This document shows positions 34,436-48,330 of a stretch of 64,000 nt of DNA, in pieces. Location: contig NW_027590120.1 of assembly GCF_964213995.1 (NCBI RefSeq), positions 1,550,001 to 1,614,000 of the forward strand, given 5' to 3'. Both the position numbers and the translations under genes were made by a program. The stretch's first letter is position 1. Every line of letters starts with the position of its first letter. Under the pieces are notes generated by a model that did not search any database, was not told where the DNA came from, and was given only the letters and a program-made list of their open reading frames with translations. The stretch comes from Mustelus asterias (lineage: Eukaryota).

Positions 34436-36520
34436 ATAGAAAATAGAACATAGAACAGTACAACACAGAACAGGCCCTTCGGCCCACGATGTTGTGCCGG
34501 GCTTTATCTGAAACCAAGATCAAGTCATCCCACTCCCTATCATCCTGGTGTGCTCCATGTGCCCATCCAATAACCGCTTGAATGTTCCTAAAGTGTCTGA
34601 CTCCACTATCACTGCAGGCAGTCGATTCCACACCCGAACCACTCTCTGAGTAAAGAACCTATCTCGGACATCCTTCCTATATCTCCCACCATGAACCCTA
34701 TAGTTATGCCTCTTGTAATAGCTCCATCCACCCGAGGAAATAGTCTTTGAACGTTCACTCTATCTATCCCCTTCATCATTTTATAAACCTCTATTGAGTC
34801 TCCCCTCAACCTCCTCCGCTCCAGAGAGAACAGCCCTAGCTCCCTCAACCTTTCCTCATAAGACCTACCCTCCAAACCAGGCAGCATCCTGGTAAATCTC
34901 CTCTGCACTCTTCCCAGCGTTTCCACATCCTTCTTATGGTGAGGTGACCAGAACTGCACACAATATTCCAAATGTGGTCTCACCATGGTCCTGTACAGTT
35001 GCAGCATAACCCCACGGCTCTTAAACTCCAACCCCCTGTTAATAAAAGCTAACACACTATAGGCCTTCTTCACAGCTCTATCCACTTGAGTGGCAACATT
35101 CCGAGATCTGTGGATATGGACCCCAAGATCTCTCTGTTCCTCCACAGTCTTCAGAACCCTACCTTTGACCCTGTAATCCACATTTAAATTAGTCCTACCA
35201 AAATGAATCACCTCACATTTATCAGGGTTAAACTCCATCTGCCATTTTTCAGCCCAGCTTTGCATCATAGCTATGTCTCTTTGCAGTCTACAACAGCCCT
35301 CCACCTCATCAATTACTCCACCAATCTTGGTGTCATCAGCAAATTTATGATCGACCCTTCAGCCCCCTCCACTAAGTCATTCATAAAAATCACAAATAGC
35401 AGAGGACCAAGCACTGATCCCTGTGGCACTCCGCTAGCAACCTGCCTCCAGTCCGAAAATTTTCCATTCACCACCACCCTCTGTCTTCGATCAGACAGCC
35501 AATTACCTATCCAATCGGCCAACTTTCCCTCTATCCCACACCTCCTTACTTTCATCATAAGCCGACCATGGGGGACCTTATCAAACGCCTTTCTAAAATC
35601 CATGTATATGACATCAACTGCCCTACCTTCATAAACACACTGATTTACCTCCTCAAAAATTCTATCAAATTTGTGAGGCACGACTTGCTCTTCACGAATC
35701 CGTGCTGACTATCCCGGATTAATCTGCATCTTTCTCAATGGTCGTAAATCCCATCCCTAAGGACCTTTTCCATCAACTTACCAACACCAAAGTAAGAGTA
35801 ACTGGCCTATAATCACCAGGGTCATTTCTATTCCCTTTCTTAAACAGAGGAACAACATTTGCCATGCTCCAGTCCTCTGGCACTATCCCCGGAAACAGTG
35901 AGGACCCAAAGCTCAAAGCCAAAGTCTCTGCAATCTCATCCCTTGTCTCCCAAAGAATCCTAGGATATATTTCATCAGGCCCAGGAGACTTATCGACCTT
36001 CAGTTTATTCAAAACTGCTAGTACATCCTCCCTCCGAACATCTACTTCCTCCAGCCTATTAGCCTGTAACCCCTTCTCTTCCTCAAAAACATGGCCCCTC
36101 TCCTTGGTGAACACTGAAGAAAAGTATTCATTCATCACCTCTCCTATCTCTACTGACTCCATACACAAGTTCCCACTACTGTCCTTGACCGGCCCTAACC
36201 TCACCCTGGTCATTCTTTTATTCCTCACATAAGAGTAAAAGGCCTTGGGGTTTTTCTTGATCCGACCCACCAAGGACTTCTCATGCCCCCTCCTAGCTCT
36301 CCTAAGCCCTTCTTTCAGCTTATTCCTTGCAAACTTGTAACCCTCAATCGAGCCATCTGAACCTTGTTTCCCCATCCCGACATGAGCTTCCCTCTTCCTT
36401 TTTACAAGACATTCCACCTCTTTTGTGAACCGTGGTTCTCTCACTCGGCCATTACCTCCCTGCCTGACACGGACATACCTATCAAGGACACATAGTATTT
36501 GTTCCTTGAAAAAGTTCCAC
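34436..36520 (-). mobile_element. 5'-truncated CR1 LINE ORF2
   Basis: ORFs 35773..36444, 35313..35681 and 34609..35304 are consecutive ORF2 pieces; (atagaac)n tail at ~34440. Confidence 0.92.
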
Positions 36521-37204
36521 TTTTTATTTATCCTAAAAAGATCTCCTCAAACGTGTTTCACTATCTTTTGATTAAAGTGATCACATGTCACAATCTGGTG
36601 GCAACTCACAGCTACTGCAGGCGCTGGTCTTTGTGAGTCTCAAATAAGTTGAGTAGTAATTCGGGGGCGATTCTCCCAGCCCGCTGCGCTGCTCTAGCTG
36701 CACACCGGGCGAGGAGACATCAGTGGAGGCCGTTTACTGAGTTTCCCGCTGGGCGCGACGGCCTGTGCGCATCTCGGAATCCATCTGAAAATCTGTTGGT
36801 GACGTACGATTATTGGAAACATTTGTCAGACTTTGAAGTTTAGAGCAGGAGTTCAGTTGGTGTGTTTGCCCTTTAATCAGCGGAGACAGTGCAGGAACTC
36901 TGTTTCTGTTTCCCATGGAGATATTGGGCAGAATTGTTCGGTCACACAAGCTGAAAGCCGGAAATTCCCGCTTTGCCGTCAATGGGGGTTTCACATTGTC
37001 CGCAACCTGCACGATAAAATTCCAGTGGCGGGTGGGATGGGCAGATTGTGGACAGAATTATTTCAAACTGAAAATTATGCATTTGGTGCAGTTATCCCGA
37101 CACAAATCCAATTCTGAATGGGAGTGGCTGACATTTGCTGATTTTTAATCCTACACAATGTGTGTTTCCAAAGTCTTTGTATGTTTCCCAGAGAATTCCT
37201 TCAA

Positions 37205-37550
37205 GGGACGTGATGACCGAGTTGCTGAACTGTTAATCCAGAAACTCAGCGAATATTCTGCGGACCCGGTTTCGAATCCTGCCACGGCAGATGGAGGAAT
37301 TTAAATTCAAGAAAAAATATATCTGGAATTAAGAATCTGATGACCATGAAGCCACAGTCGATTGTCGAAACAAAGACTATCTGGTTCTTTCATGTCATTC
37401 AGGGAAGCAAATCTGCCGTCCTGACCTGGTCCAGACTACATGTGACTCCAGAGCGAAAGCAATGCCCTTGACACTCAACTGCGCTCAGGCGTCGAGGCGT
37501 GGGCAATAAATGCTGGCCAGCCAGCGACGCCCATGTCCCACGAATGAATT
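37205..37550 (+). mobile_element. SacSINE1-like (Deu-type) SINE
   Basis: ttaatccagaaactcagc...ggtttcgaatcctgccacggcagatgg...ctgacctggtccagactacatgtgactccag...gggcaataaatgctggcc. Confidence 0.65.
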
Positions 37551-37676
37551 GAAAGTACACGTCCTGGTTATTTGAGATTTGAAAACACAAACATTTTGTG
37601 CGAAAGATTTCATTTCTTTGCATCTTCACAGCCTTTATTAATATTGTGCCTGTGCTCGAATAGAAAATCAGTGTTA

Positions 37677-38140
37677 CATAGAACATAGAACAGTACTGCA
37701 CAGTACAGGCCCTTCGGCCATCGATGTTGTGCCGAGGTTTGTCCGAAACCAAGATCAAGCTGTCCCACTCCCTATCATTGTGGTGTGCTCCATGTGCCTA
37801 TCCAATAACCGCTTGAAAGTTCCTAAAGTGTCCGACTCAACTATCACAGCAGACAGTCCATTCCACACCCCAACCACTCTCTGAGTAAAGAACCTACCTT
37901 GGACATCCCTCCTATATCTCTCACCATGAACCTTATAGTTACGCCCCCTAGTAACAGCTACATCCACGCGAGGAAATAGTCTCTAAACGTCCACTCTATC
38001 TATCCCCTTCATCATCTTATAAACCTCTATTAAGTCGCCTCTCATCCTCCTCCGCTCGAAAGCGGAAAGCCCTAGCTCCCTCAACCTTTCCTCATAAGAC
38101 CTCATAAGACCTACTTTCCTCATAAGACCTCATAAGACCT
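37677..38140 (-). mobile_element. CR1 3' end with stuttered (ctcataagac) repeats at its truncation point
   Basis: ORF 37755..37967(-) FFTQRVVGVWNGL; ctcataagac occurs four times in 38091-38138. Confidence 0.85.
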
Positions 38141-41100
38141 ACTTCCAATTTGTGCCAACTACCAATTTTCCAGATAAAATTGAACATGTTACGGTGGAAG
38201 GGTGAAAGCTGAGTTGGAAGTCTAATCTTGTCCCTCCACTCTTGACCCTCGTCATGCAAGTGGGGATATTTTTCATCCAAACAGCAGCAAATCAAGAGGA
38301 AATACTTGTTCTTTATCAACACTTTTCATTTCAATTACAGAATTACTTGAATCGATTGAACAAATGTAAATTAATGATTGAATTGATGAACAGTCACTGA
38401 CTCCCGGGATATCCAAAATTCAGTCTTCAGTCTATTCCGAGATTCTTTCCTCCCTACAAGACACACGGCTTCTTTCAGGAAAAACAATCCCAGAATCTAC
38501 TTGGGTAACCCTGATGGAAAGTGACTGAGGCATCGAGAGGCTGCTTCCTCTCTATCTCTCAGCTATTAGGCTGATCACCTCGATTAACCGTTGCATCAAT
38601 CTGGCATGTGTAAATATACACTATATATTAATTGTCAAAACGGTGTAAATAACTCAGAATTAACTGGAGACACAATAATCTACACACACCACTTGCCAGG
38701 CTAGGATCTGTTGTTATTTATATCGCGTATGAAGCAGAAGATTTGAGGAGACTCCAGTCCCAGGATCCAACCATTTTGATCTTCCAGCGGTGCAGGCAGA
38801 GAGGGGAGCGATTTTGGAGAGGAGAGCTGGAAGGTAAGCTGAGTTTTTGATTTTAACTTGCTTTTTCGGAGCTTTTGTTTTCACAGCAGCAGAAAACCGG
38901 AAGTCGACCGTGGGGAGACCTGGGTAATTTTGTTTTACCCAATAAGTTTGAACGGTGAGGAAACCCGACACATTTCACGTCCAATGCCTCCCACCCTCCC
39001 TCCTCTTCTAACCTAAAAGAAAGACTCGGTGTGAGAACAGGTAAGCTTTTCTTTTTTTCTAACTCTTCTTATCTTGTTGGGAGTTTGGGTGGAGGGGATG
39101 GCAGTTAGGGCAGTTCATTGCTCCTCTTGCAGGAAATGGAAGGTAACGGACACCATTCGTGACCCTGCTGACTTCACCTGTGGGAGGTGCACCCAGCTCC
39201 TCACAGACCACCTTCGGTAATTGGAGCTTGAACTGGATGAATTTCGGATCATTTGGGAGGCAGAGGGGGTGATAGATAGTAGTTCTCGGGAAGTGGTAAC
39301 ATCTAAAAATGAAGCGAGCTGGGTGACAGTCAGGAGAGGGGAGGGGAGGAAGCAGTCAATGCAGGGATCCCCTGTGGTTGTTCCCCTCCAAAATAAGTAT
39401 ACCGTGTTGGATACTGTGGGGGTGGGGGGGGGGGGGGTGGCGGGTGGCGGGTGCGGGGTGGGGATGACCTTCCAGGGGTAAGCCATGGTGACCAGGTCTC
39501 AGGCATGGAGTTCGGGCTCTGTGGCTCAGAAGGAAAAGAGGGAGAATAGGAGATCAATAGTCGGGGGGACTCAATAGTTAGAGGCACAGACAGGCGGTTC
39601 TGTGGGCGCAAACGAGACTCCAGGACGGTAGACTGCCTCCCTGGTGCTAGGGTCCTGGATGTCTCTGAGCGGGTAGAAAGCATCCTAAAAGGGGAGGGTA
39701 AATCAGACAGACGTCATTGTCCACATTAGTAGAAATGACGCAGGCAGAAAGGGCAGGGAGGTCCTGCAAGAGCAATTTAGGGAGTTAGGTAGAAGGCTAA
39801 AAAACAGGACCTCGAGGGTAGCAATCTCTGGATTACTCCCCGTACCACGTGCTAGTGAGGCAAGGAAAAAGGAGACTGTGCAGCTGAACACGTGGCTAAA
39901 GAATTGGTGCAGGAGGGAGGGTTTCAGATTCATGGATCACTGGGAAGTCTTCCAGGGAGGATGGGACCTGTACAAGAAGGACGGGTTACACCTGAACTGG
40001 AGGGGCACCAATATCCTGGCTGGGAGGTTTGCTAGTGTGGTTCGGGTGGGTTTAAACTAATGTGGCAGGGGGGTGGGAATCAGAACAATAGGTCAGCAAG
40101 CATAGAGACTCGGGACGAACATGGGGCCAAGACAAGGCTACCTGAGAGGAAGAGCAATCTGGGGGAGGATGAACTCAGTGGGCCTGGAGGTCTGGAGTGC
40201 ATCTGCTTCAATGCAAAGAGCATAACAGGCAAGACAGATGAACTTAGTGCCGTAATGCATGCGCGGAACTTGAATATGGTTGCAGTGACAGAGACTTGGT
40301 TAATAGAAGGACAGGACTGGCAGCTGAATATTCCGGGGTATAAGCGTTTTAGGCGAGACAGAGGAGGGGCTAGAATTGGTGGGGGAGTAGCAATACTGGT
40401 TACAGAGCATATTACAGCGGGACAGAGGGTGGGCAATTTGGAAGGATCATGTAACGAGACACTGTGGGTAGAGCTCAGAAACAGGAGGGGTGCAGTCACT
40501 ATACTAGGGGTATACTACAGGTCTCGCAACAGCCCACGGGAAGTTGAAGAACGGATATGCAAGGAGATTCTGGACAGGTGTAGAAAAAATAGCGTTGTTG
40601 CAGTGGGAGACTTTAATTTCCCCCATATAGACTGGAAATCCCTTCGGGCTGGGGGGACGGACGGGGAGGAATTTGTAAAATGTGTCCAGGAAGGTTCTTT
40701 GCAACAAAATGTTGATAGTCCAACTAGAGAGGGGGCTATACTGGACCTGATACTGGGGAATGAGCCCGGTCAGGTCATCAAAGTCTCAGTGGGGGAACAT
40801 GTGGTGAACAGCGACCACAATTCTGTAAACTTTCTGATAGTCATGGAAAAGGATGAGTGTTGTCCTTTGGGTAAGATGCTGAATTGGGGGAAGGCTAACT
40901 ACAGCCGGATTGGGCAGGATTTGGTGGCTGTTGATTGGGAGAGGCTGTTTGAGGGTAAATCCACATCTGGCATGCGGGATTCTTTTAAGGAGCAGTTGAT
41001 AGGAGTGCAGGACAGACATGTGCCTGTACAATAGAAGGACAGGAAAGGTAGGATTCGAGAGCTGTGGATAACCAGAGAAATTGTGGGTCTAATCAAAAAG

Positions 41101-42135
41101 AACAAAGAGGCATACATAAGGTCCAGGCAGCTAAAAACTGATGAAGCACTGGAGGAATGCAGAGAAAGTAGAAAAGAACTCAAACAGGGAGTTAGAAGGG
41201 CAAAATGGGGTCACGAAATGTCCTTGGCAGGCAGGATTAAGGAGAATCCCAAGGCATTTTATACATACGTTAGGAACAAGAGGGTTGTCAGAGAAAGAGT
41301 GGGACCTCTCAAGAACAAAGGGGGGGGGGGAATTATGCTTAGAACCCTAGGAAGTAGGTGAGATCCTAAATGAATACTTTGCATCAGTATTCACAAAGGA
41401 GAGGGACACGTTGATTGGTAGTGTCTCAGAGGGATGTGTAGACCCGTTAGAACAAATTACAATTACAAGGGAGGAAGTGTTGGGTGTTTCAGGAAGCATT
41501 AAGGTAGACAAACTCCCAGGGCCAGATGGCATTTGTCCTAGATTACTGAGAGAGACAAGAGATGAAATTGCTGGGCCTCTCAGAGAAATCTTTGCTTCTT
41601 CATTGGAGACAAGTGAGGCCCCAGAGGATTGGAGGTTAGCAAATGTGGTCCCGTTATTTAACAAGGGTAGCAAGGATAACCCGGGTAATTATAGGCCAGT
41701 GAGCATGACGTCCGTGGTAGGGAAATTGTTGAAGAAAATTTTAGAGATAGGATCTATACGTGTTTAGAACTGAATAGTCTCATTAGCGATAGACAACATG
41801 GTTTTGTACGAGGGAGGTCATGCCTCACAAATTTGCTTGAGGTTTTTCAGGAGGTGACAAAAATGATTGACGAGGGAAGGGCCGTGCATGTCGTCTACAT
41901 GGATTTTAGTGAAGCATTTGACAAGGTCCCTCGTGGCAGGCTGGTGCAAAAGGTTAAATCTCGCGGGATCAAAGGTGAACTTGCTAGATGGGTACAGAAC
42001 TGGCTTGGCCACAGAAGACAGAGGTTGCAGTGGAGGGATATTTTTCTGATTGGAGGTCTGTGACTAGTGGTGTTCACAGTAAGAAGTTTTACAACACCAG
42101 GTTAAAGTCCAACAGGTTTATTTGGTAGAAAAAGC

Positions 42136-42170
42136 CACAAGCTTTCGGAGCGCTGCTCCTTCGTCAGGTG
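42136..42170 (-). ncRNA. Minimal hammerhead ribozyme motif
   Basis: Minus strand: cacCUGACGAaggagcagcgcuccGAAAgcuugug. Confidence 0.78.
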
Positions 42171-42695
42171 AGTGAGAATTCTGTTCACAAACAGGGCATA
42201 TAAAGACACAAACTCAATTTACAGAATAATTGTTGGAATGCGAATACTTACAGCTAATCAAGTCTTAAAGGTACAAACAATGTGAGTGGAGAGAGCACCA
42301 AGACAGGTCAAAGGACAGCCAGTGAAATTCTGCAAGTCCAGGCAAGCTGTGGGGATTACAGATAGCGGGACATGAACCCAATATCCCGATTGAGGCCGTC
42401 CTCATGTGTGCGGAACTTGGCTATCAGTTTCTGCTCAGCGACTCTGCGCCGTCGTGTGTCCTGAAAGCCGCCTTGGAGAACACTTACCCGAATATCAGAG
42501 GCCGAATGCCCGTGACCGCTGAAGTGCTCCCCAACAGGAAGAGAACAGTCTTGCCGGGTGATTGTCGAGCGGTGTTCATTCATCCGTTGTCACAGCGTCT
42601 GCATGCTATCAGGTAGACAACAACATTGGCTACCTTATACGCTGCAGGAACGGATGTCCCGAGGCATGGTACATTGGGGAAACCATGCAGATGCT

Positions 42696-42732
42696 GCACC
42701 TGACGAAGGAGCAGCGCTCCGAAAGCTTGTGC
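42696..42732 (+). ncRNA. Minimal hammerhead ribozyme motif
   Basis: gcacCTGACGAaggagcagcgctccGAAAgcttgtgc: stem I gcac/gtgc, stem II ggagc/gctcc, palindromic AAGCTT. Confidence 0.8.
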
Positions 42733-45084
42733 CTTTTGCTACCAAATAAACCTGTTGGACTTTAACCTGGTGTTGTTAAATTTCTTACTGTGTTTACCCC
42801 AGTCCAACGCCGGCATCTCCACATCATGACTAGTGGTGTTCCGCAGGGCTCTGTACTGGGACCTCTGCTGTTTGTGATATATACAAATGATTTGGAAGAA
42901 GATGTAGCTGGTCTGATTAGTAAATATGCGGACGACACAAAGATTGCTGGAGTTGCGGACAGTGATGAACATTGTCAGAGAATACAGCAGAATATAGATA
43001 GGCTGGAAAATTGGGCAGAGAAATGGCAGATGGAATTTAATCCTGATAAATGCGAAGTGATGCATTTTGGTAGATCTAATGCAGGGGGGAGCTATACAAT
43101 AAATGGCAGAACCATCAGGAGTATAGACACACAGAGGGATCTGAGTGTGCAAGTCCACAGATCATTAAAGGTGGCAGCACAGGGGGAAAATGTGGTGAAG
43201 AAGGCATATGGAATGCTTGCCTTTATTGGACGGGGCATAGAGTATAAAAGTTGGCATATGATGTTGCAGTTATATAGAACGTTGGTTCGGCCACATTTGG
43301 AATGTTGCGTCCAGTTCTGGTCGCCACACTACCAGGAGGACGTGGAGGCTTTGGAGAGAGTGCAGAAAAGGTTTACCAGGATGTTGCCTGGTATGGAGTG
43401 TATATGTAGTGTATTAGCTATGAGGAGAGATTGCGTAAACTAGGGTTCTTCTCCCTGGAAAGACGGAGGTTGAGGGGCGACCTAATAGAAGTTTATAAAA
43501 TTATGAAGGGCATAGATAGGGTGAACAGTTGAAAGCTTCTTCCCAGGTCAGAAATGACAAATACAAGGGGGGCAAGGTTCAATACAGATATGCAGGGGAC
43601 GTATTTTACACAGAGGGTGGTTCGGGCCTGGAATACACTACCAAGCAAGGTGTTTGAGGCAGACTCGCTAGGATCATTTAAGACTTATCTAGATAGCCAC
43701 ATGAACAGACTGAGAATAGAGGGATACAAACGTATGGTTTAGTTAGGAACACATGATCGGTGCAGGCTTGGAGGGCCGAATGGCCTGTTCCTGTGCTGTA
43801 TTGTTCTTTGTTCTTTGTCCAACGATGTTTGCAATCGACTTAACCTCAATTAGACAATACTGATTACAACTGCCACTTCTGTCACGTATGGGTGTAAGTT
43901 TACCTTACATACTCCTGAGGGTGAGGTCATTTTGCAATGCTGAATGCTTATTTACGCTGTCTGCTCTGTAAATGGAGAGCTGAGTGGTTGAAGACACCCG
44001 TCCTAATCACTGATCGTTTATATTGTGGGATTTGCTTCGTAACCCAGAATGCTTTGCAACTCTGAAGAATCAACATCCATTGCATCTGCAGAGGAATGAT
44101 CACATCTGCTGTGGTGACGATGCGATTCTTCAGCAGTAAATAGAGCCCATATAGTGAGTGAGCTACATTTCCTTCAGAAGGGGAGGTATAGCAATTCAGG
44201 TAGTGGCATCGCAGATTGCATGGGTTACTGCTGACTATTCTGACATTGTGCAATATTAACTACCACATAAATGTGGATAATCTCCTGGGATTTATATACC
44301 AAAGGAACACTTGGATCTTTTTGGAACATCGAAAATCCTCAATAAATCAGAGCAAGAGCTGATTGCTCATTCAGGAAAAGATTTGTTCTTCTTTTCAAAG
44401 CGGCCATTGAAGAAGTGTCAGGGATAGCTATAGATTGAGCTCCATGGAGAAAGCCTAAATGACATGAGCAGAACAGACTGATAGATAGAAGTAAAAGGCA
44501 GACAGAGAAACATCTATATATCTGTGGGAGAGAGGTGGAATGAGGGGCATAGAAATGACACAAAGACAGGTCGTGAAATCGACTCATATGTAGTGTGAAT
44601 GAAATACATCTAACAACAGGGAGACAAACAGATTCAGAAATGGAAGGAAAATGACAAGGTAGTGGGGGAATCGGGGGAGATGCAATGGGAGAAGCAAGTA
44701 GACGGCGGGAGATTCAATGAGTCAGATGGAACCAGGATTCAAGGAAGGTATAAAATCAACAATAGAAGCTGTAAGGTGCAATCTGATATGGGATGGGTTT
44801 TCCTGAAATATGCCTTAATTTGAACTGTGATCTTGAGTCGAAAGGGCACTGTTTCAAGTAACTTTAAAGTTGGGTGACAGATCAGGACACAGCTGGTTAT
44901 GGCCTTCACTTACAAGGTAACAGTGTCACAAACCAATTAGTGGTCTCCTAACAACCAGAGAAAATTGGGATGCTTGCGGATTTCCGAGTTCGTGACTTAA
45001 GATGAAATAAATGACTGTCCTTAATGCCCAGTGCCATGCGATTTATTGATTGATTTGCTGCAGTGGTCACGAATACATGATGAA

Positions 45085-45711
45085 TTAAGAAGGCGTATGG
45101 AATACTGGCCTTCATCAATAGAGGAATTGAGTTTAGAAATCAGGAGGTAATGCTGCAGCTGTATAGGACCCTGGTCAGACCCCACCTGGAGTACTGTGCC
45201 CAGTTCTGGTCGCCTCATTCCAGAAAGGATGTGGAAGCCATAGAACGGGTGCAGAAGAGATTTACGAGGATGTTGCCAGGATTAAGTGGTATGTCTTATG
45301 AGGATAGGTTGAGAGAGCTAGGTCTATTCTCCTTGGGGAGGCGAAGGATGAGAGGTGACCTGATAGAGGTGTATAAGATGTTGAGAGGTATTGATAGAGT
45401 GGATTCTCAGAGGCTTTTACCCAGGGCTGAAATGGTTGTCACGAGAGGCCACAGGTTTAAGGCATTGGGGAGTAGGTATAGAGGAGATGTTAGGGGTAAG
45501 TTTTTCACTCAGAGGGTGGTGGGTGTGTGGAATCGGCTGCCGCTAGTGGTGGTGGAAGCGGATTCGATTGAGTCTTTTAAGCGACTTTTGGATAGGGTCA
45601 TGGAAGTTAGTAAGATAGAGGGTTATAGATGAGCCTAGAAGGTAAGGAAATATTTCGCACCAACTTGTGGGCCGAAGGGCCTGTTTGTGCTGTCGCTTTT
45701 CTATGTTCTAT
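45085..45711 (+). mobile_element. CR1 LINE 3' end
   Basis: ORF 45150..45632 and ttctatgttctatg tail. Confidence 0.9.
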
Positions 45712-46045
45712 GAATGCACTCCCTCTGTTGGCGATGTGTGGTAAATGGTTTTCTTCCTGGAGATGCACTGCATTCGTTGTATTCTCGAAATATGTTTATG
45801 CCAAATGCTTCCTGATTTGTATTATGGTTACTGTGATGTAATTCGCAGTTTGTAGGATTTGTGTTCATTTGAATGTGAGTTGTTTTCTGCATAAAGGAGC
45901 ATTGAAATTTGCTGGTGAATGCAATGACGTTGAGTTCAATGCCTGCAATGTTTTGGGAACCATCCCTAATTAACAAACAAGGCTTTTATTCCCAACCCCG
46001 TCTTGAACAGTGGAAATATTTCCATTCTGAGGACATTGACTGAGG

Positions 46046-46345
46046 ACGGCGGTTAGCAGTGCTGCCTCACAGAGCCAGGGAAACGGATTCAATTCCAACT
46101 TTGGGTGACTGCCTGTACGGTGTTTGCACATTCTCCCCGTGTCTGTATGGGCTTCCTCCGGGTGCTCCCGTTTCCTCACACAGTCCAAAATGTGTCGCTT
46201 AGGTTGATTGGCCATGCTAAATTGCGTGTCAGCAGCGATTAGTAGAGTAAATATACAGGGTTATGGGGATAGTGCCTGGGTGCGATAGTTGTCAGTGCAC
46301 GTTAGATGGTCCGAATGGCCTCCTCTGCACTGCAGGAGTTCTTTG
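46046..46345 (+). mobile_element. HE1-type SINE
   Basis: ggttagcagtgctgcctcacag...tttgcacattctccccgtgtctg...ggccatgctaaattg...ccgaatggcctcct. Confidence 0.8.
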
Positions 46346-46699
46346 ATTCTATGACTCTATCGCAGCTCGAGGTATTTCCATTCATTCGCTTCCGGACATT
46401 CTACTGGTCGAACAATACAACGAGAATGGCATGATTATTGCCTTAGAGCAGAATGAGTAAACTAGTCCTTTGCTGGATCTATTTGCCAAATTGGATTCTG
46501 CACTTTGTTTTCTCCGCTGTTGGAAACAGGCGGTCACCAGTTTGATCTGAGGTTAACTTTGTTTCCTCTGTGTATCTGTGTGCATGTGCGTGTGTGAGTG
46601 AGAGAGAGAGACAGAGAGCGGCTGACAGCTCGCTTAAAATCTGGCTTTGAGCCTTCGGAATCCCGAACCGACATGAGTTCATACCTACAGTTTAAACAC

Positions 46700-47187
46700 A
46701 GTTTTTGTGCACGAGGGTGGTTCTTCTTTCTATCTCTGTGCGTCTTAACGCGAAGTAATAAACGGCAGCATCAGTCAAGCTCAGGTCCAGTATATTTAAG
46801 CTGATAAATTTGTTGGAGGCCTGGAGATCCACATAGAATCGACTTTTGAAAACATCTGCTTTATCTTCATAACCATCAGGATGATTCTTCACTTCGGGAT
46901 GTTGGCGGTACGAGTGCATCCTACAGTCGCTCGCTGTAGTATGATCGATACAAGTTAGAGTCACGATCTCACCTCTCTCAACATCAGATGAGAGCGGTTG
47001 AGTGACATAATCTCCATGACTCATCTGAAAAGATAACATATTGAAGCAGGAAGTGTTCAGATGGGCGGCTGAAAGAAGTGTGGTCTGGAACTATGCTTGT
47101 GAAAAGTGAGAAACGGTGAAATTTCTTTTGCACATGTTCACCGGTCGGGAATGTTTCCCACATCAACCACACACCGAGCAGCTGCAT
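46700..47187 (-). pseudogene. TCR V alpha/delta pseudogene (leader 47142-47187, V exon 46741-47024, RSS with 25-bp spacer)
   Basis: Leader MQLLGVWLMWETFPT-G|gtgaac. V: SHGDYVTQP...VTLTC...MHSYRQHP...KADVFKSRF...LSLTDAAVYYFALRR. Trp and second Cys lost, FR2 deletion, acceptor out of phase; CACAGAG-25-ACAAAAACT. Confidence 0.85.
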
Positions 47188-47974
47188 TGTCGCTGTCCGT
47201 ACTGTAAAGGGGGAGCTGAATGGTTGAAGACACCCGTCCTAATCCCCGCCCTTGATAATCAGCTCTCTGTCTCCGGAGGTTCTCACCTCCCTCCCTTCTG
47301 TGCCGAGAGATGCTGGGTGACCCCAGATGATAAGGTAACAGACAGTAAATAGAAGCACAATGGGCTGGATTGAAATCACTGTCCTTAAAGAGAGAGTTTC
47401 CAGATTTATTATAATAAATGAAACGCCTCCGAGATCGACGTTAGTGAGATAATTCCACATCAAAAATATCAAGAGCTTTAATGCTGTGTTCAAATTTTAG
47501 AACCGACACTTAGGGAGCCATGGTCATCATTGATACTAATGGTCCTGTTCCACAGGGAAGCTAAGTTTTGAAATTTTCGAATTATCTTTGAGGAACAAAT
47601 AGCGAAGATTCAGCGTGCCTGACTCGACCAGAACTCACTGTTTTGGAGGTACGGAGCGTAACACTGGAACGCAGTTACTTGACAACCTTGGCTCATTCGA
47701 TTTTCCGACTTACAATATTCCTTGGAAGTTCTAAGATGTTCACTGAGCAGGCAGACTCTGCAGCTTTGAACTGTGGAAATTGAGACTTTTCATTTCAATC
47801 TCGCCGGGGTGGGACAATTTGGACAATGAGCAATGATACAGAATGAGGGCCACACTGCTGTAGTGACAAGAGCACCCGGATAAAACCCATCATGGGATTT
47901 GCAGAGAGTGTCCACCAGACATATCGCAGAGATATCACAGAGATATCATACCGCTCAGTAACATTTATATTGCT

Positions 47975-48330
47975 GCGGGGGCGATGGCCTCGTGGTATTA
48001 TCGCGAGACTATCAATCCAGAAACTCAGCTCATGTCTTGGGGACCTGAGTTCCAATTCCTCCACCTCAGATGGTGTAATCTGAGTACAATTTTAAAAATC
48101 TGGAATTAAGAATCGACTGAAGAAACCATTGTTAATTGTCGGAAAGACTCATTTGGTTCACTAATGTTTTTTAGGGAAGAAAATTTACCGTCCTTACCCG
48201 GTCTGGCCTACGTGTGACTCCAGAGCCACAATTATGTGGCTGACTCTCAACTGCCCTCTGTCAACTCTGGATGGGCAATAAATGCTAGCCAGCCAGCGAC
48301 GCCCATATCTCACGCATGAATATATTTTAA
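47975..48330 (+). mobile_element. SacSINE1-like (Deu-type) SINE
   Basis: Same family as 37205-37550. Confidence 0.65.

Larger units (their letters stand above)
42076..42826. mobile_element. Penelope-like element with inverted termini inserted in CR1 RT
   Basis: GIY-YIG fragment (ORF 42356..42583-; YLIRCRNGCPEAWYIGET on +). 15-bp TSD tgactagtggtgttc at 42061-42075 and 42827-42841. Confidence 0.9.
38760..43818 (+). mobile_element. Full-length CR1 LINE (5'UTR, ORF1 from ~39098, ORF2 ~40060-43742), inactivated, split by a Penelope insertion
   Basis: ORF1 has CSSC..CGRC zinc motif, PLQNKY and esterase GDSIVRGTDRRFCG. ORF2 has APE and RT fragments. (tgttctt)n tail at 43800-43818. Confidence 0.92.
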
